The notes under the pieces are model-generated. The model had not been told where the DNA came from and did not search any database. It worked only from the letters and a program-made list of their open reading frames with translations. Shown piece after piece: positions 1-13,783 of a DNA stretch of 64,000 nt (position 1 is its first letter; every line of letters begins with the position of its first letter). The DNA is from Chrysomallon squamiferum (Eukaryota; Animalia; Mollusca), in contig CM022669.1 of assembly GCA_012295275.1 (NCBI GenBank), positions 372,001 to 436,000 of the forward strand. The letters are read 5' to 3'. The position numbers and the translations under genes were made by a program.

Positions 1-885
1 TAAATAAGTAATTTACGAAAATAAATAATCTGCAAGACAGTTATTAACAATGTGACTTCCCAGAAACAATACAACAGATAAAAAAAAAAAAAAATAAATA
101 AATAAAGGAAGAAAATACCTGCATTGATAATATCTCGCAGTGATATCGGCAACATGAAATCTGATAATAATACAGTGTATGAAAGAACTTCAAATAATCT
201 TGGAATACATTTACATACATTCAAATAACTTTACACATTTTTACTTTTTATTTCAAATAACTGTTGTTGTTTTATTTTTGTTTGTTTTTTCACAGAGATT
301 AGAACTACGCGCTGTGCACCAGAAATACACAAAACTACAGACAGAGAGCTCCTCAGTCCAAATTGCTTCTTCATTGTGAATATATGTTTTGAGAAATTAG
401 TTTTATAAAGTCTTTACATTTGAAAAAAAGCCAGATATCTGACAATAGTTACTAAAGATTTTTTTTTCAATTCCTGTTAAAGGAAACGTTCTCAAAATGC
501 CAAATATGATAACGCGTCCCAGAGAGAAACGATGAAATTTCAGTTTTTTTGGTAGAAAAATTTTATTTGATGATCAGGGAAAAGCATTGCATTTCTAATT
601 TTGTAGCACCGAATAGCGTTTCTCTATTCTAGTACATACAAGTTGAAATAAATACATACATAGATACACACACACACACACACACACAAACACACATACA
701 CATATATATATATATACACATCCATACACATATAAATACATCCATACCTACATATATACATAATACGTACGTACTTACGAACATCAATCACATATATAAA
801 CACATAATCGCATTTTATTACCAATCTACTTACACACAAACATATATACATGCTTACACTATAATTTAATTTTCTCCAAAGTCTC

Positions 886-1037
<152 letters not shown>

Positions 1038-3308
1038 ATATGACATTAAAGAAAATTAATCGAATATTCACATACATTCACACTGCTTTGCATTATTTAA
1101 ATAAACGAACAGCTGTCAAAGTAGCAGTAACAACGTATTAAACACTTAATGGAAACTGCAAATGTTATTATGACAGGCGAATTTTGAGAACTATGCATTC
1201 CTCCAAAAATTACAACATGTGATAAACTATTTGGCAAACTAATTGATTTCCTTTACATAATTTTCCTTTCTTGGACTAGTTGAATAACTGACTCAGAACT
1301 AAAATATGTATAACGTGTGGACTTTGACGTGTCCATGCACTGACGTTTTACTGTAAGTAAGAACAGTGTTCAGAAATATGAGACAGAACTCAAACGCCTT
1401 GTTACTGGAATATGCCACGTAGTGAAAAAAGAACTGTAATAATTCATATGCATTTGAAAGTGAACCGTTGCTTCTGAATTGTCGACATCAGACATTGGAT
1501 GCCAGGTCTAACATAAAGGTAAAAATAAGAAACACCTCCGCACACATATGCTTACGCATACGCGCGTGCTGTCACACAAAACACATACACATATAACTGA
1601 TATTCCTATTTTTGTTTGTATTTAATAATTATTTTTATAAATATTATATTTATTATGTCTGTGCTTGTTAGGTGCTATGTCTGTATATATGTATGTGTGT
1701 GCATCTGTACAATTTGTGAATGCATATAAATATGTATGTAAAAAAGATTTTCCATATTATCAGTACATATAATGTGTGAATAGACAAAGACACTAAAAGT
1801 CGTTCTAACAATTTCGTAGATATATTTTATATTATTTATTTATTTATTTACGAATCTATATATTTGTTTATTCGTTGATGTGTTGATTTTGTACGGCTAT
1901 TTGAAGGTACATTACCAGATAAACCTACTATGATTTAAATTTTGGATTTGGTGATCGTGGACTGAATATCATTTAAAAATGAACGCGTTAACGTGATGTT
2001 GTAAATGTGGTCATTCAGCGATATTCAGTCCACGAGAAAAATCAAACCAGAGTAGCTTTATCTCAATTCAACGAGAAATAAAATGTTTTATTATTTTTAA
2101 CAAACGAATGAGCAATCAGAATCAAATGTTTTCCAAATGTTTTTGCTGAAATGTGTTCTCCCTCTCAGAAGGAATTTTTGTTCTTCCACTTCGATCTTAA
2201 CAAGTGCAGTCCATTTGGATTTTGGTTTTGTTCTTTATTTTCGATGTTAAAAATTGCATTCCATTTATATTTGGCTGACCTTTCAGTTGTGATTTCTTAC
2301 GAACATTAGGCAAGATCTGTAATTTTCACACTGTTGAGATTTTCATCGGAAGGTTTTCGTTTGAACCACTCAATGATCTCTTTTGCATTTTTATCCTCGT
2401 AGCTAAACCATTGTTTCTGAAAGGTTTAGAAACTGCCGAAGACTCAGAAATTGTTCTGTTTCCAGTCAGGTGTATTTCAATCATCGCAAAGTGTTATCCC
2501 TTTTAGACTTACTCGGTCTGTTCGGTCCATTTCAAGAATCCCTAAAAGCTTGTGTTACTTTAGTAGAATTAGCTTCAGAAGCATGATTGTGCTTCTCTTG
2601 TTTTCTAGTTTTTAAAATGTGTATTGTCATTATCAACGTTAGGTCATTTTAACTGTTCTCAAAGCCAGTTTGAAAATTAGAAAAAAACAAACGAAACACT
2701 ATTTCAATCATCGCAAAGTGTTATCCGTTTTAGACTTACTTTTGTTGTCGTATGTTTCAGTCACTGAGACACTGGAGTCTTGTACACAGAACTCGGTCTG
2801 TTCAGAATCCCTAAAAGCTTGTGTTACTTTAGCAGAATTAGCTTCAGAAGCACGATTGTGCTTCTTTTTCGTTTCTTTTCGACCGTGTTGCATTGTTTGC
2901 TAGTTTTTAAAATTTGTTTTCTCACAATCCAACATTAGATCATTTTAACTCTTCTCAAAGCCAGATGAAAATTAGAAAAAGAACAAACGAAACACATAAG
3001 AAAAATATCAACAAGAACAAAAAAAAACAAAACGAAACACTTAGAAAAACGAACCAAACCCAACACAAACTGTTAAAAAACAGCCCACGTAAGTATGTCT
3101 ATATGTATGTTTGTGTGTCTGTATGCACGTGTATTGTGTATACGTACGTGTTTGTGTTTGTCTCTCTTTTACGTAACTTTTTTGTTTTTATCTTTTCTAG
3201 ATATGAATTGGGCAGTTCCAGAATGAACGTTAATTGAAACAGCCTAAATACATTGTTACCGAAATAAAAACTATCACACTGTTTGTTTCTAGATGATTTG
3301 ATGACATC

Positions 3309-4364
3309 ATGGTGCAACAGAAAAAAAGTGTTATTCTCATTTGTTCACTGGTTTTTGTTTTTCTCATAATCAACTTGCTCTTATGGCAGAACATTTTCGC
3401 TTTCTGCAGGTATTTCGTATGCAGGAATAATTACACTCAAGGTTCAAGAAACAGAGAGAATAATTTCCCTAAACTGAATTCAGAAAATAAACGGCAGTTG
3501 GCGACAAGAAACAATCAATCTGTGAAAACAAAACTGATTTCGGATTTGTCATCTCTCATACAAAGAAAGAAATATTCAAAGATTATTTCATTCTATAATG
3601 ACATTTTGAGAAAAACTCTCGGAACATGGTATGTTCCAAATAAACAGAAAATGGTGAATGACGGAGTTCTAAGATACTTTTTGCCGTGTATGTCGACGAG
3701 CGATCAAGTACTGATGCTTGCTACTTTGGACAGATTTATTGAGGCTTGCAAAGAGGGAAACTTAACCTGCTTTTTGTGGGGAGGATCTCTTCTTGGTGCT
3801 TACAGACATCATGGAATTATTCCTTGGGACGATGATTTGGATGTGATCGTAGTTGGTCCGAGTCTTGACAAGATTCGAAATGTTTTGTCACGAGTGCCTG
3901 ATTACGAACTTTATCATCCTGTCGAGTTTCAGTGGAAATTTTACCGTAATGATCTTCCTCCACTTACTGGTCAGCTCTTTAAGTATCCCTTCATTGACAT
4001 ATTTATGTTCTTGGAAAATTCTACGCACGTGTTTGGTGGGTTTCGCTACATAAAACATTACGTATACAAAAAAGAGGATGTGTATCCAATTCAGTTTCGA
4101 CTGTTTGAAAACAGGCAGATGCCAGTACCATGTAATACAGAAAAGTTCCTTAAGATATACAATGTTCGTGAGTGTAAGTCCGTGTCCTATTTGCATAAGG
4201 AAAACAAATTTCTGGAGTATGTTTCGATAAATTGTAGACGACTCTATAAATTCTTTCCTTTCGTATTTCGTCAAAAAAGTCCAAGAACTGGTCGATACAC
4301 GGAAACATTAAAAATAGGAAATATACCAGTGTGGACAGTGTCTGTACCTAAAAAATGCCAGTAA
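3309..4364 (+). CDS. LicD/fukutin-family phosphotransferase paralog 1 (type A1), intact, 351 aa, predicted type II membrane protein
   Basis: N-terminal hydrophobic anchor (VILICSLVFVFLIINLLLW). LicD motifs [25 protein letters not shown] and YPFIDIF. C-terminal C-x-S-x2-YLHKE-x9-C-x2-LY-x-FFPFVFR. Single coding exon, with an upstream acceptor tcttttctag at 3191-3200. Confidence 0.9.
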   Translation: MVQQKKSVILICSLVFVFLIINLLLWQNIFAFCRYFVCRNNYTQGSRNRENNFPKLNSENKRQLATRNNQSVKTKLISDLSSLIQRKKYSKIISFYNDILRKTLGTWYVPNKQKMVNDGVLRYFLPCMSTSDQVLMLATLDRFIEACKEGNLTCFLWGGSLLGAYRHHGIIPWDDDLDVIVVGPSLDKIRNVLSRVPDYELYHPVEFQWKFYRNDLPPLTGQLFKYPFIDIFMFLENSTHVFGGFRYIKHYVYKKEDVYPIQFRLFENRQMPVPCNTEKFLKIYNVRECKSVSYLHKENKFLEYVSINCRRLYKFFPFVFRQKSPRTGRYTETLKIGNIPVWTVSVPKKCQ

Positions 4365-4459
4365 AAAATGTTATTTTTACTTTTTAGTATTTGTGTTTTA
4401 TTTTATAGTATTGTGTACGAATTAGATAAATCAATAAAATTACATGGGACATTTTTTTT

Positions 4460-5240
4460 ATATAAAACCTGCTTTTTCGCTACATCCGTATTTTATGCAA
4501 ACAACGATTTCTAGAAACAGTTGTATTTTACACAAAAGAATGCTTTCTAGAGACAGCCGTATTTTACACATAACAATGATTTCTAGAGAAAGCTGATTTT
4601 TACACAATACAATCGTTTCTAGAGACGATAGTATTTTATACAAAACAATGAATTTTAGAGAGGGTAGTATTTATATGAAACAGTGATGTCTAGAGACAAA
4701 AAAGGTTTCTAGAGATAGCTGTATTTTTCACGAAAGAGTCTTTTCTACTATCAGCTGTATTCTATACAAAACAGTATTTTCTAGAGACACCTGTATTCTA
4801 TTTAAAACAATGTTTGCGAGAGAGCCCTACTTTATACAATATGTTTTCTAGAGACAGACGTATTTTACACAAAACAATGTTTCACCTGAAAGAGCCGTAT
4901 TTTATACAAAACAAAGTTTTGTAGAAACAGCCGTATTTTATGCAAAAGAAGATTTTCTAGAGACATCCCTATTCTACGGAGAAAAATGTTTGCAAGAGAC
5001 AGCTGTATTTTACACAAAACAATGTTTTACACAAAAGAATGTTTGCAAGAGACAGCTGTACTTTACACAAAACAATGTTTTTCTAGAAAGAGCCGTATTG
5101 TATAGAAACAAGGTTTTGTAGAAATAGCTGTATTTTATTCAAAAGAAGGTTTTAAACAATGCAAGAAAGAGCCGTATTATACACAGAACAATATTTTCAA
5201 TAGACAGCTGTATTTTACACAAAACAATGTTTTTCATAGA
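4460..5240. repeat. ~39-bp degenerate minisatellite (tagagacagccgtattttatacaaaacaatgtttt), left part
   Basis: Recurrent motif with period ~39 that resumes at 8225-8872 beyond the retroelement. Confidence 0.85.
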
Positions 5241-8225
5241 AAACAAAATTACAATTAAAAACAAGTCTGGCAAAAAGGCACTAATGAGGTTCTTTCACAC
5301 ACCCTTACCGCATAACGAATATCTGCTGTACTTTTAAACGTACGCAAATATTCGCATTTTCTTAATATACATGCATATCATAACACAATACATCACATTA
5401 GTATAATACAAACACAATTTCATATCACATCAACATATTATATGATTGGTATACAGAAACAATCTTGCAATAACATGAAACTAATATCAACATGAAAATA
5501 ATACATACATTTATATATGAAAAACACAATACATGATATGATTGGTATGATGGAACATGCAAGAACACACACACACACACACACAGACACACACACACAC
5601 ACACATATATAAACATAATACACAATTACAGACATTAACATAAAATAGCCACAGAGGATATGATTCATTTAATAGAATATTAATCAACGTAATGAAAACA
5701 CAGCATATAAAATTACACTTCATAATGTTAGGAACCATTTTGGATTTAAACACGTGATCACATTCCTTGTTCCTGAAATATTCTTGCTTGTTTTCAAATT
5801 TCATGCAAAGTAGCTGACTGGATGGTCAAGTCCATTTTTGTCTTCTTGCAATACGACAGCTCTCGGTCCTATTTGACTAGCATCATAAGATAGTTTAAAG
5901 AGAAGGTGGTAATCAAGTGCAGTCATTATATGTTTCGACGATAACATCTTTTCCAAGCGCTTCAATACTTTTTCACATTTTTCCGTCCAAAGAAATTTCA
6001 CATCTTTTCTGGCCAAATTCGCAGTGAACCACCTATAGTAACCAGCCATGAGCAGAATGTGGTGAACTTCTCGTCGATTAGTTGGTGCGGGGTTTTTGAT
6101 AATACACAAACTCTTGACTTTCACAGCGCTGAATCGTCCACTTGAAATCTTGGGTGCTCCCGTTCGTCACGCTTGGTGCATCTGGAGATAGTGAGTGGTG
6201 CTCTTTGATTGGTTGTGGTAGTTCCAGTCGCTGTGTGTTGTTATGGTAATCCAACGACGCGTCCAGGTTTTCACGTTCTTGACTGTTTGACAGTTTGGGA
6301 TCAGCTGTCGCCAGATCGTGATTTTGGATGTATTCTGTTTTGACATACACTGGCCTGATGAGTAGTACTGGTTTTCTGTCATGATATGCTGTTAACAACT
6401 TGATATGACAAAATCTAGTTTTTCTGTCAGTAGTATTAAAATGTAACCTGTGGTGCTCACCTTTTCGTTTAATTACATATGGTCTGAAATATATACATGG
6501 CGAAGAATCTTTTTGTAATGGTAAGTATGACAATACTTTATCCACCTGATTAAATTCCCTAAACATAGCTTTCTTATAAACTGGGCTAGGATTTTAGTTT
6601 TTGTATGCCTTTTTTCTAATTCGGTAGCTTGCCAAAGGTTTTCTTTAACTTTTGAAACATGGTTAAGTAAATTTCCTGAACTGTTTTCCTGTAACCAGCT
6701 GTCCTTAATTAAACTAAGAAGCCCCTTTTACGTATGTCCATACACCAGTTCAAAATGGGAGAATCCTAGAGATTCTTGTTTCGAATCTCGGCAGAGACAA
6801 GCTTTGTCCCAAGCACACACGAAATATCACACCTTACTGGTGGTTCCTTATCGCTTATTACTACTGGATCACGTGATCCCGACGTAGCAACCGATGCGCT
6901 AACATTACGCTTTGCTGCTTTCGTCTCTGCTGAATGACTTACAAACGTTTCTGTCAAATCAATAAGTTCTACACCTGGCAATTTAGCTTTTGCCGAAAGC
7001 CGGATGAAATAACATATCTACTTCTGGTTCAGCACTAACAAGTGACTCTGCTAGTTCTAAAATATCACAACCTGTGTGACGACATCTGTCTGTTAAGTCC
7101 TTTCCAAGTAACAAATCAATGTTCACACATGTTAACTGACCTGTAACTCCTAACACTACATTACCTGTCACAAATGTCGAACGCACAAACACCTCGACTA
7201 ATGGAATGTTTATACAGGTCAGCCTACAGCTCTAATACTTACACATCTTCCTGTCTGTTTATAAGATATTTTATTTAGAGCATTTTCCAGTATTAAACTT
7301 TCATATGCCCAGGTATCTCTGAAAATCGACAATGATTCAGTAATATCTGTTTGCAACATATCGCAAATCTCGCCAGTAGATACATAGTGACAACTTTATT
7401 CCTACTTGGCATATCTAGCAACCTAACTGCCTCCAAATTCCTATCCATCTAAACAAATCCAAAATCTTTATCATTATCTATTTTCATCTTAAAACAATTA
7501 GCAATTAAATCATTAGTCATATGACAATAACTGAATCTAGGACGAAAAGATTTAGCCTCAGTAAATAACTTGGAATGGCTATAACCCGTAGATGGTTGAC
7601 ACTCAGCCTGGCTAGTCATTCTCTTATCAACTGACCCAGAACTCGACTAATGCTTAAAATCTGAACCATTTGTCCTAATATTCCCATCTGTAGAAAGTCG
7701 ATTACCAGTTGACTGCAAAGTTTGATGAATTAACGGGTCGTTATGGGCTGTGGCTGCCGCTTCGTCGTAACTACAAATCTTTTGGTCCTCTAAATGAGCC
7801 AGCACAGGCAAAGGTAAGGATCGTTTGAATTCTTCTAAAATCATTCATTCTCAAACTTATCATTGACATTCTGGGATTTTAACCACATATCAAATAAACC
7901 TGCCTTTTTCGCTAGAATATAACTCTAAGTATCGGATTCGGATTTTTCAAAACTTCTAAACTGCTGTCTATGCACTTCACTGGTTAGCTGGTTTGCTCTT
8001 AACACTGCCTCTTTTTGTTTTTGACAATCTTTAGCATGCTCTTCACTTTAAGAATTACTCGCGTCATTGGCCTTCCCTCTTAATCAATGTTGCGCTAATA
8101 ATGAGCATTCGTCTTCAGGCCAGTCTAACTGACTCGCCACCCGTTCAAATGATTGAAAGAATCTGTCTACCTTTTCTTGTTCAAACACGGGTACCAATGC
8201 TTCAGTAATTTTGAAAGTACTGCGT
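5240..8225 (-). mobile_element. Decayed Ty3/Gypsy LTR retrotransposon, Gmr1-like domain order gag-PR-IN-RT-RH
   Basis: Gag LVPVFEQEKVDRFFQSFERVASQLDWPEDE and MILEEFKRSLP; degenerate zinc knuckle; protease-like IFRDTWA; integrase C-terminus QESLGFSHFELVYGH plus a GPY-like segment; then RT-thumb/RNase H MAGYYRWF...FKLSYDASQIG.AVVLQE...HPVSYFA. Many stops and deletions. Confidence 0.85.
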
Positions 8226-8872
8226 TTCTGTTTGAGTTACTTTCGCGAGATTCCATTCTATGGAAAACAGTGTTCGCGACAGACAGCCTTATTTTATACA
8301 AAATGTTTTCTAGAGGCAGCCGCATTTTATACAAAACAATGTTTTACCTGAAACAGCCTTATTTTATACAAAACCAGCTTTTTTAGAAACAGCTGTGTTT
8401 TACACAAAAGAAGGTTTTCTAGAGACAGCCGTATTCTATGGAAAACAATGTTCGCAAGAGACAATCGTATTTTACATAAAATAATGTTTTACTAGAAAGA
8501 GCCGTATTTTATAGAAAACAAGGTTTTGTAGAAACAGCCGTATTTTACACACAAGACGGTTTTCTAGAGACAGCTGTATTCAGTGGAAAACAATGTTTGC
8601 AAGAGATAGCAGTATTTTACACAAAACAATTTTTTCTCGAGATTGCGGTGTTTTATACGAAACAGTATTTTCCAGAGACATCGGTATTTTATACGAAAAA
8701 ATGCTTTCTAGAGACAGCTGTATTTTATACGAAAGAATGCTTTCTAGAGACAGCTGTATTCTATGGAACACAGTGTTTTCTCTAGACAGGTGTATTTTAG
8801 ACAAAACAGTCTTTTGTAGAGACAGCCGTATTATACATAAAACAATGTTTGCTAGAGAGTCTATTTTATACA
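8225..8872. repeat. ~39-bp degenerate minisatellite, right part
   Basis: Same unit and orientation as 4460-5240; 13-aa periodic shadow ORFs. Confidence 0.85.
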
Positions 8873-9819
8873 CAGCGATGACTGTGCGTGTATGCCTAGG
8901 TGTATGTGTGTGTTTATGTTGGTTTTGTGTGTATGCGTGTGTGAGGGTGTGTTATCTAAATCCAATTACTTGCAAATAAAGCACGAAGTTTAAGAGATTT
9001 TTGCATTTTTGTTTTCCGTGATTAATGGTAAATTAATGCGCATATATTATCTCCTATATCAAAATCAAATTAATTATAGAAGCAATGTAAATAAATTTAA
9101 TGCTGAGAGAAAAATCAAATAAGAAACAGCTGTGAATGAAACAATGAAAAGATTGATTTGTTCACTAAGAATTACAGTTATTAGTTTCGTCGGCCAGGCT
9201 TGAGAACATGCATTCGCACAACTGTTACGATATTATAACAGGTTACATGACAAGTAAATCAATTTCCTTTTTATAATTTTCAGTTTTAGAAAACAGTTTT
9301 TGTTTAAAATATGTATAAATATATATACTCTGCCGCATTCACAGTCTGCTGTTTGATTGGCAGTAAGAAGAGTGTTAGCAAATATACTTGAATCAGAGGC
9401 AGCACTGAAATCATAGTCTAACGATAAGAAAGGTTGTGATAATTCGAAGGAGGTGAGCAGAGCACTATTTCTTCTGAATTGTCGATTATAGACGTTCAGT
9501 GCCAGATCTAACGTTGAGGTAAAAATCACACACTCGCAAAGATATACACAACGACAGACATACAGATATTTGTTTATATTTTAACGATAATTTCTGCCAT
9601 ACAAAATCCATTATGCCAGATCATAGGCATATGTGAGTGTGTGTCTGTGTGAATCTTTATAAGCACGCAAAAATATATGTAACCTATAATTTTTGTATTA
9701 TATAGGTATGACCTCGACAATTAAAAAAATAACCGTGACAAAAATAAAATAGCTGAATATTACAACTCAGTGCAGTATTAAGAATAAAACCTTTTGTTTG
9801 TTACTGGGTTGATGACATC

Positions 9820-10370
9820 ATGGTTCCAAACAGAAAAATCCTTGTTGTCATTTGGTCACCAGTTTCTGTTTTTCTCATAATCGATTTGCTCTTCTGGAAG
9901 CACCTTTTCGTTTTCTTCAGACGTTTCTTATATTATCAAGGTTCAAGAAATAGACAGAATATTTTTGTCCAACTTAATTCACAAAACTCCTGCAGCTGGT
10001 GACAAAAAAGAGTCAGTCTGTGAAAACAAAACTGATTTCGGATTCATCAGCAGTCATATCAGGAAAGAAATATTCAAAAATTATTTCCTTCCAGGATAAC
10101 ACTTTGATAAAAACTCTTGGAACATGGTATGTTCCAAATAAACAGAAAATGGTGAATAACGAAGTTCTAAGCTACTTTTTGCCGTGTATGTCGACGAGAG
10201 ATCAAGTACTGATGCTTCTTACTTTGGACAGATTTTTTGAGGCAGTGTTCGTAACTGTAAGTCTGTGTCCTATTTGCATAAGGAAAACAAATTTCTAGAG
10301 TTTGTTTCGATAAACTGTAGACGACTGTATGAATTCTTTCCTTTCGTGTTTCGTCAATGATATCCAAGAC
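9820..10370 (+). pseudogene. LicD-family paralog 2 (type A2), pseudogene with internal deletion
   Basis: N-terminus MVPNRKILVVIW resembles paralog 5. Frameshift near 9990. After ...LDRFFEA (~10243) the sequence jumps to the C-terminal SVRNCKSVSYLHKENK segment, so the whole catalytic core is missing. Premature stop and truncation near 10370. Confidence 0.85.
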
Positions 10371-12728
10371 ATTTATATTCCTTCCAAATAACTTTTATTT
10401 GAAATACACAAAACTATAGACAGAGAGCTCCTCAGTCCAAATTGCTTCTTCATTGTGAATATATGTTTTGAGAAATTAGTTTTATAAATTCTTTACATTT
10501 GAAAGAAGCCAGATATCTGGCAATAGTTACTAAAGATTGTTTTTCAATTCCTGACAAAAAACAGTTCTCAAAATGCCAAATATGATGCGTCCCAGAGAGA
10601 ATCGATGAAATTTCAGTTTTTCTTGGTAGATCAACTTTATTTCGTGATCAGGGAAAAGCATTGTATTTTTATTTTGTAGCACCGAATAGCGTTTCTCTAT
10701 TCTAGCTTCAGTCACTCATTGGTTTAAATTGTTTTGGTAACTAAACTTAAGTACATATATATTAAAATACATACATATATACATACATTATATACACACA
10801 CACACACACACACAAAAATACGTACGTACGCACGTCATTCACATACATATACACATATTTGCATTGATTATACAGGTATATATACCTACCTACCAATGTA
10901 TTTACGCACAAACGTTCGTACATGCTTACGTTACATAATTTAAGTTTCTTCAAAGTGCAAGCTATATATATATTTTTTTTCCGGAACAAATGTAATAGTA
11001 CAGATGGGACTTTGAAAACAATACAAAAATCGGTATAATATATATATATATATGTACACACACATATACATATATACATACATATGGAACTTTTACGAAA
11101 ATTAAATATATATATATATATATTCAAACACACACACACTGTATTGTATTATTTAGATAAAGAAACACCTGTTAAAGTAGCAGTAACAAGGTACTAAACA
11201 CTTTATGAAAACTGCAGGTGTTATTCTGGTCAGCCATGCATTCGTCCAAATACTGCAACAGGTGAGAAATTAGTTGGCAAACCAATTGATTTCCTTTACA
11301 TAATTTTCCTTTCTTGGACTAGTTTAATAACTGACTCAGAACTGAAATATGTATAACGTGTGGACTTTGACGTGTCCATGCTCTGACGTTTAACTGTAAG
11401 TAAGAACAGTGCTCAGAAATATGAGACAGAACTCAAAAGCCTTGTTACTGGAATATGCCACGTAGTGAGAAAAGAACTGTAATAATTCATATGCATTTGA
11501 AAGTGAACTGTTGCTTCTGAATTGTCGACAGCAGACATTCGATCCCAGATCTAACATAAAGGTAAAATAACAAATATACTACACATACCCAGACAAACAT
11601 GCATACGCACAGCCGAGTCTACTTGTCTGTGTTTAATGATTATTTTTATGATATTATATTTATTGTGTTTGCTTGTTATGTCATCTGTTATGTGTATGTA
11701 TGTGCATCTGTACAATTTGTGAATGCATATAAATATGTATGTAAAAAAGATTTTCCATATTATCAGTACATATAATGTGTGAATAGACAAAGACACTAAA
11801 AGTCATTCTAACAATTTCGTAGATATATTTTATATTATTTATTTATTTATTTACGTATTTATATATTTGTTTATTCGTTGATGTGTTGATTTTGTACGGC
11901 TATTTGAAAGTAAATTACGAGAGAAACCTACTAAGTGTTAATTTTTACGTTCTCTGATCACTATGCAGGATCTGTCATTTTCACACTATCAAGATTTTCA
12001 TTGGAAGGTTTTCGTTTGAACCACTGAATGATCTGTTTTGCATTTTTATACTCATAGCTAAATCATTGTTTATGAAAGGTTTAGAAACTGTCGAAGACTC
12101 AGAAATAGTTCTTTTGCAGTCCAGTCTATTTCAATCATCCCAAAGTGTTATCCCTTTCAGACTTACTTTTGTTGTTGTATGTTTCAGTGACTGAGACACT
12201 GGAGTCTTGTACACAGAACTCGGTCTGTCCAGTCCATTTCAAGAATCCCTACAAGCTTTTGTCACTTTAGTAGAATTAGCTTCATAGGCATGATTGTGCT
12301 TCTCTTGTTTTCTAGTTTTAAAATTTGTATTCTCATTATGAACGTTAGGTCATTTTAACTGTTCTCAAAGCCAGTTTGAAAATTAGAAAAAACAAACGAA
12401 ATACAGAGTCACACACACAACAACACAAATATCAAAAAGAACAACAAAAAAAGAAACCCAATAAAAGCAATACGAAACAGCCCACGTAAGTATGCCTATA
12501 TGTATGTCTGTGTTTCTGTATATATGGACGTGTATTGTGTATACGTACGTGTTTGTGTTTGTCTCTCTATGTATTTATGTAAATTAAGTGATTTCATCTT
12601 TTTTGTTTTATCTTTTCTAGATATGAATTGGGCAGTTCCAGAATGAACGTTAAATGAAACAGACTGAATACATTGTTACCAAGATAAAAACAATCACACT
12701 GTTTGTTTCTTGATGATTTGATGACATC

Positions 12729-13783
12729 ATGGTGCAACAGAAAAAAAGTGTTATTGTCATTTGTTCACTGGTTTTTGTTTTTCTCATAATCAACTTGCTC
12801 TTATGGCAGAACATTTTCATTTTCTCCAGGCATTACTTATGCAGGAACATTTACACTCAAGGCTCAAGAAACAGAGAGAATAATTTCCCTAAACTGAATT
12901 CAGAAAATAAACGGCAGTTGGCGACAAGAAACAATCAATCTGTGAAAACAAAAATGATTTCGGATTTGTCATCTCTCATATCAAGAAAGAAATATTCAAA
13001 GATTATTTCTTTCCAGAACGACACTCTGAGAAAAACTCTCGGAACATGGTATGTTCCAAATAAACAGAAAATGGTGAATAACGAAGTTCTAAGATACTTT
13101 TGCCGTGTATGTCGACGAGAGATCAAGTACTGATGCTTCTTACTTTGGACAGATTTATTGAGGCTTGCAAACAGGGAAACTTAACCTGCTTTCTGTGGGG
13201 AGGATCTCTTCTTGGTGCTTACAGACATCATGGAATTATTCCTTGGGACGATGATTTGGATGTGATCGTAGTTGGTCCGAGTCTTGACAAGATTCGAAAT
13301 GTTTTGTCACGAGTGCCTGATTACGAACTTCATCATCCTGTCGAGTTTCAGTGGAAATTTTACCGTAATGATCTTCCTTCACTTACTGGTCAGCTCTATA
13401 AGTATCCCTTCATTGACATATTTATGTTCTTGGAAAATTCTACGCACGTGTTTGGTGGGTTTCGCGATATAAAACATTACGTATACAAAAAAGAGGATGT
13501 GTATCCAATTCAGTTTCGACAGTTTGAAAACAGGCAGATGCCAGTACCATGTAATACAGAAAAGTTCCTTAAGATATACAGTATTCGTAACTGTAAGTCT
13601 GTGTCCTATTTGCATAAGGAAAACAAATTTATACAGTTTGTTTCAATAAATTGTAGACGACTGTATGAATTCTTTCCTTTCGTGTTTCGTCAAAAAGATC
13701 CAAGAACTGGTCAAGACACGGAAACATTGAAAATAGGAAATGAATCAGTGTGGACAGTGTCTGTATCTAAACAATGCAAGTGA
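12729..13783 (+). CDS. LicD-family paralog 3 (type A1), one -1 frameshift (T5->T4 at 13098-13101); assembly error or young pseudogene
   Basis: ORFs 12729-13133 and 13100-13783 join into a protein collinear with paralog 1 if one T is restored (tacttttgccg versus tactttttgccg in paralog 1). All motifs intact. Confidence 0.8.

Noticed and set aside
3853-4274. Overlapping short ORFs within LicD genes (also 13272-13615, 22415-22857)
   Set aside because: Alternate-frame or antisense shadows, conserved only because the paralogs are near-identical.
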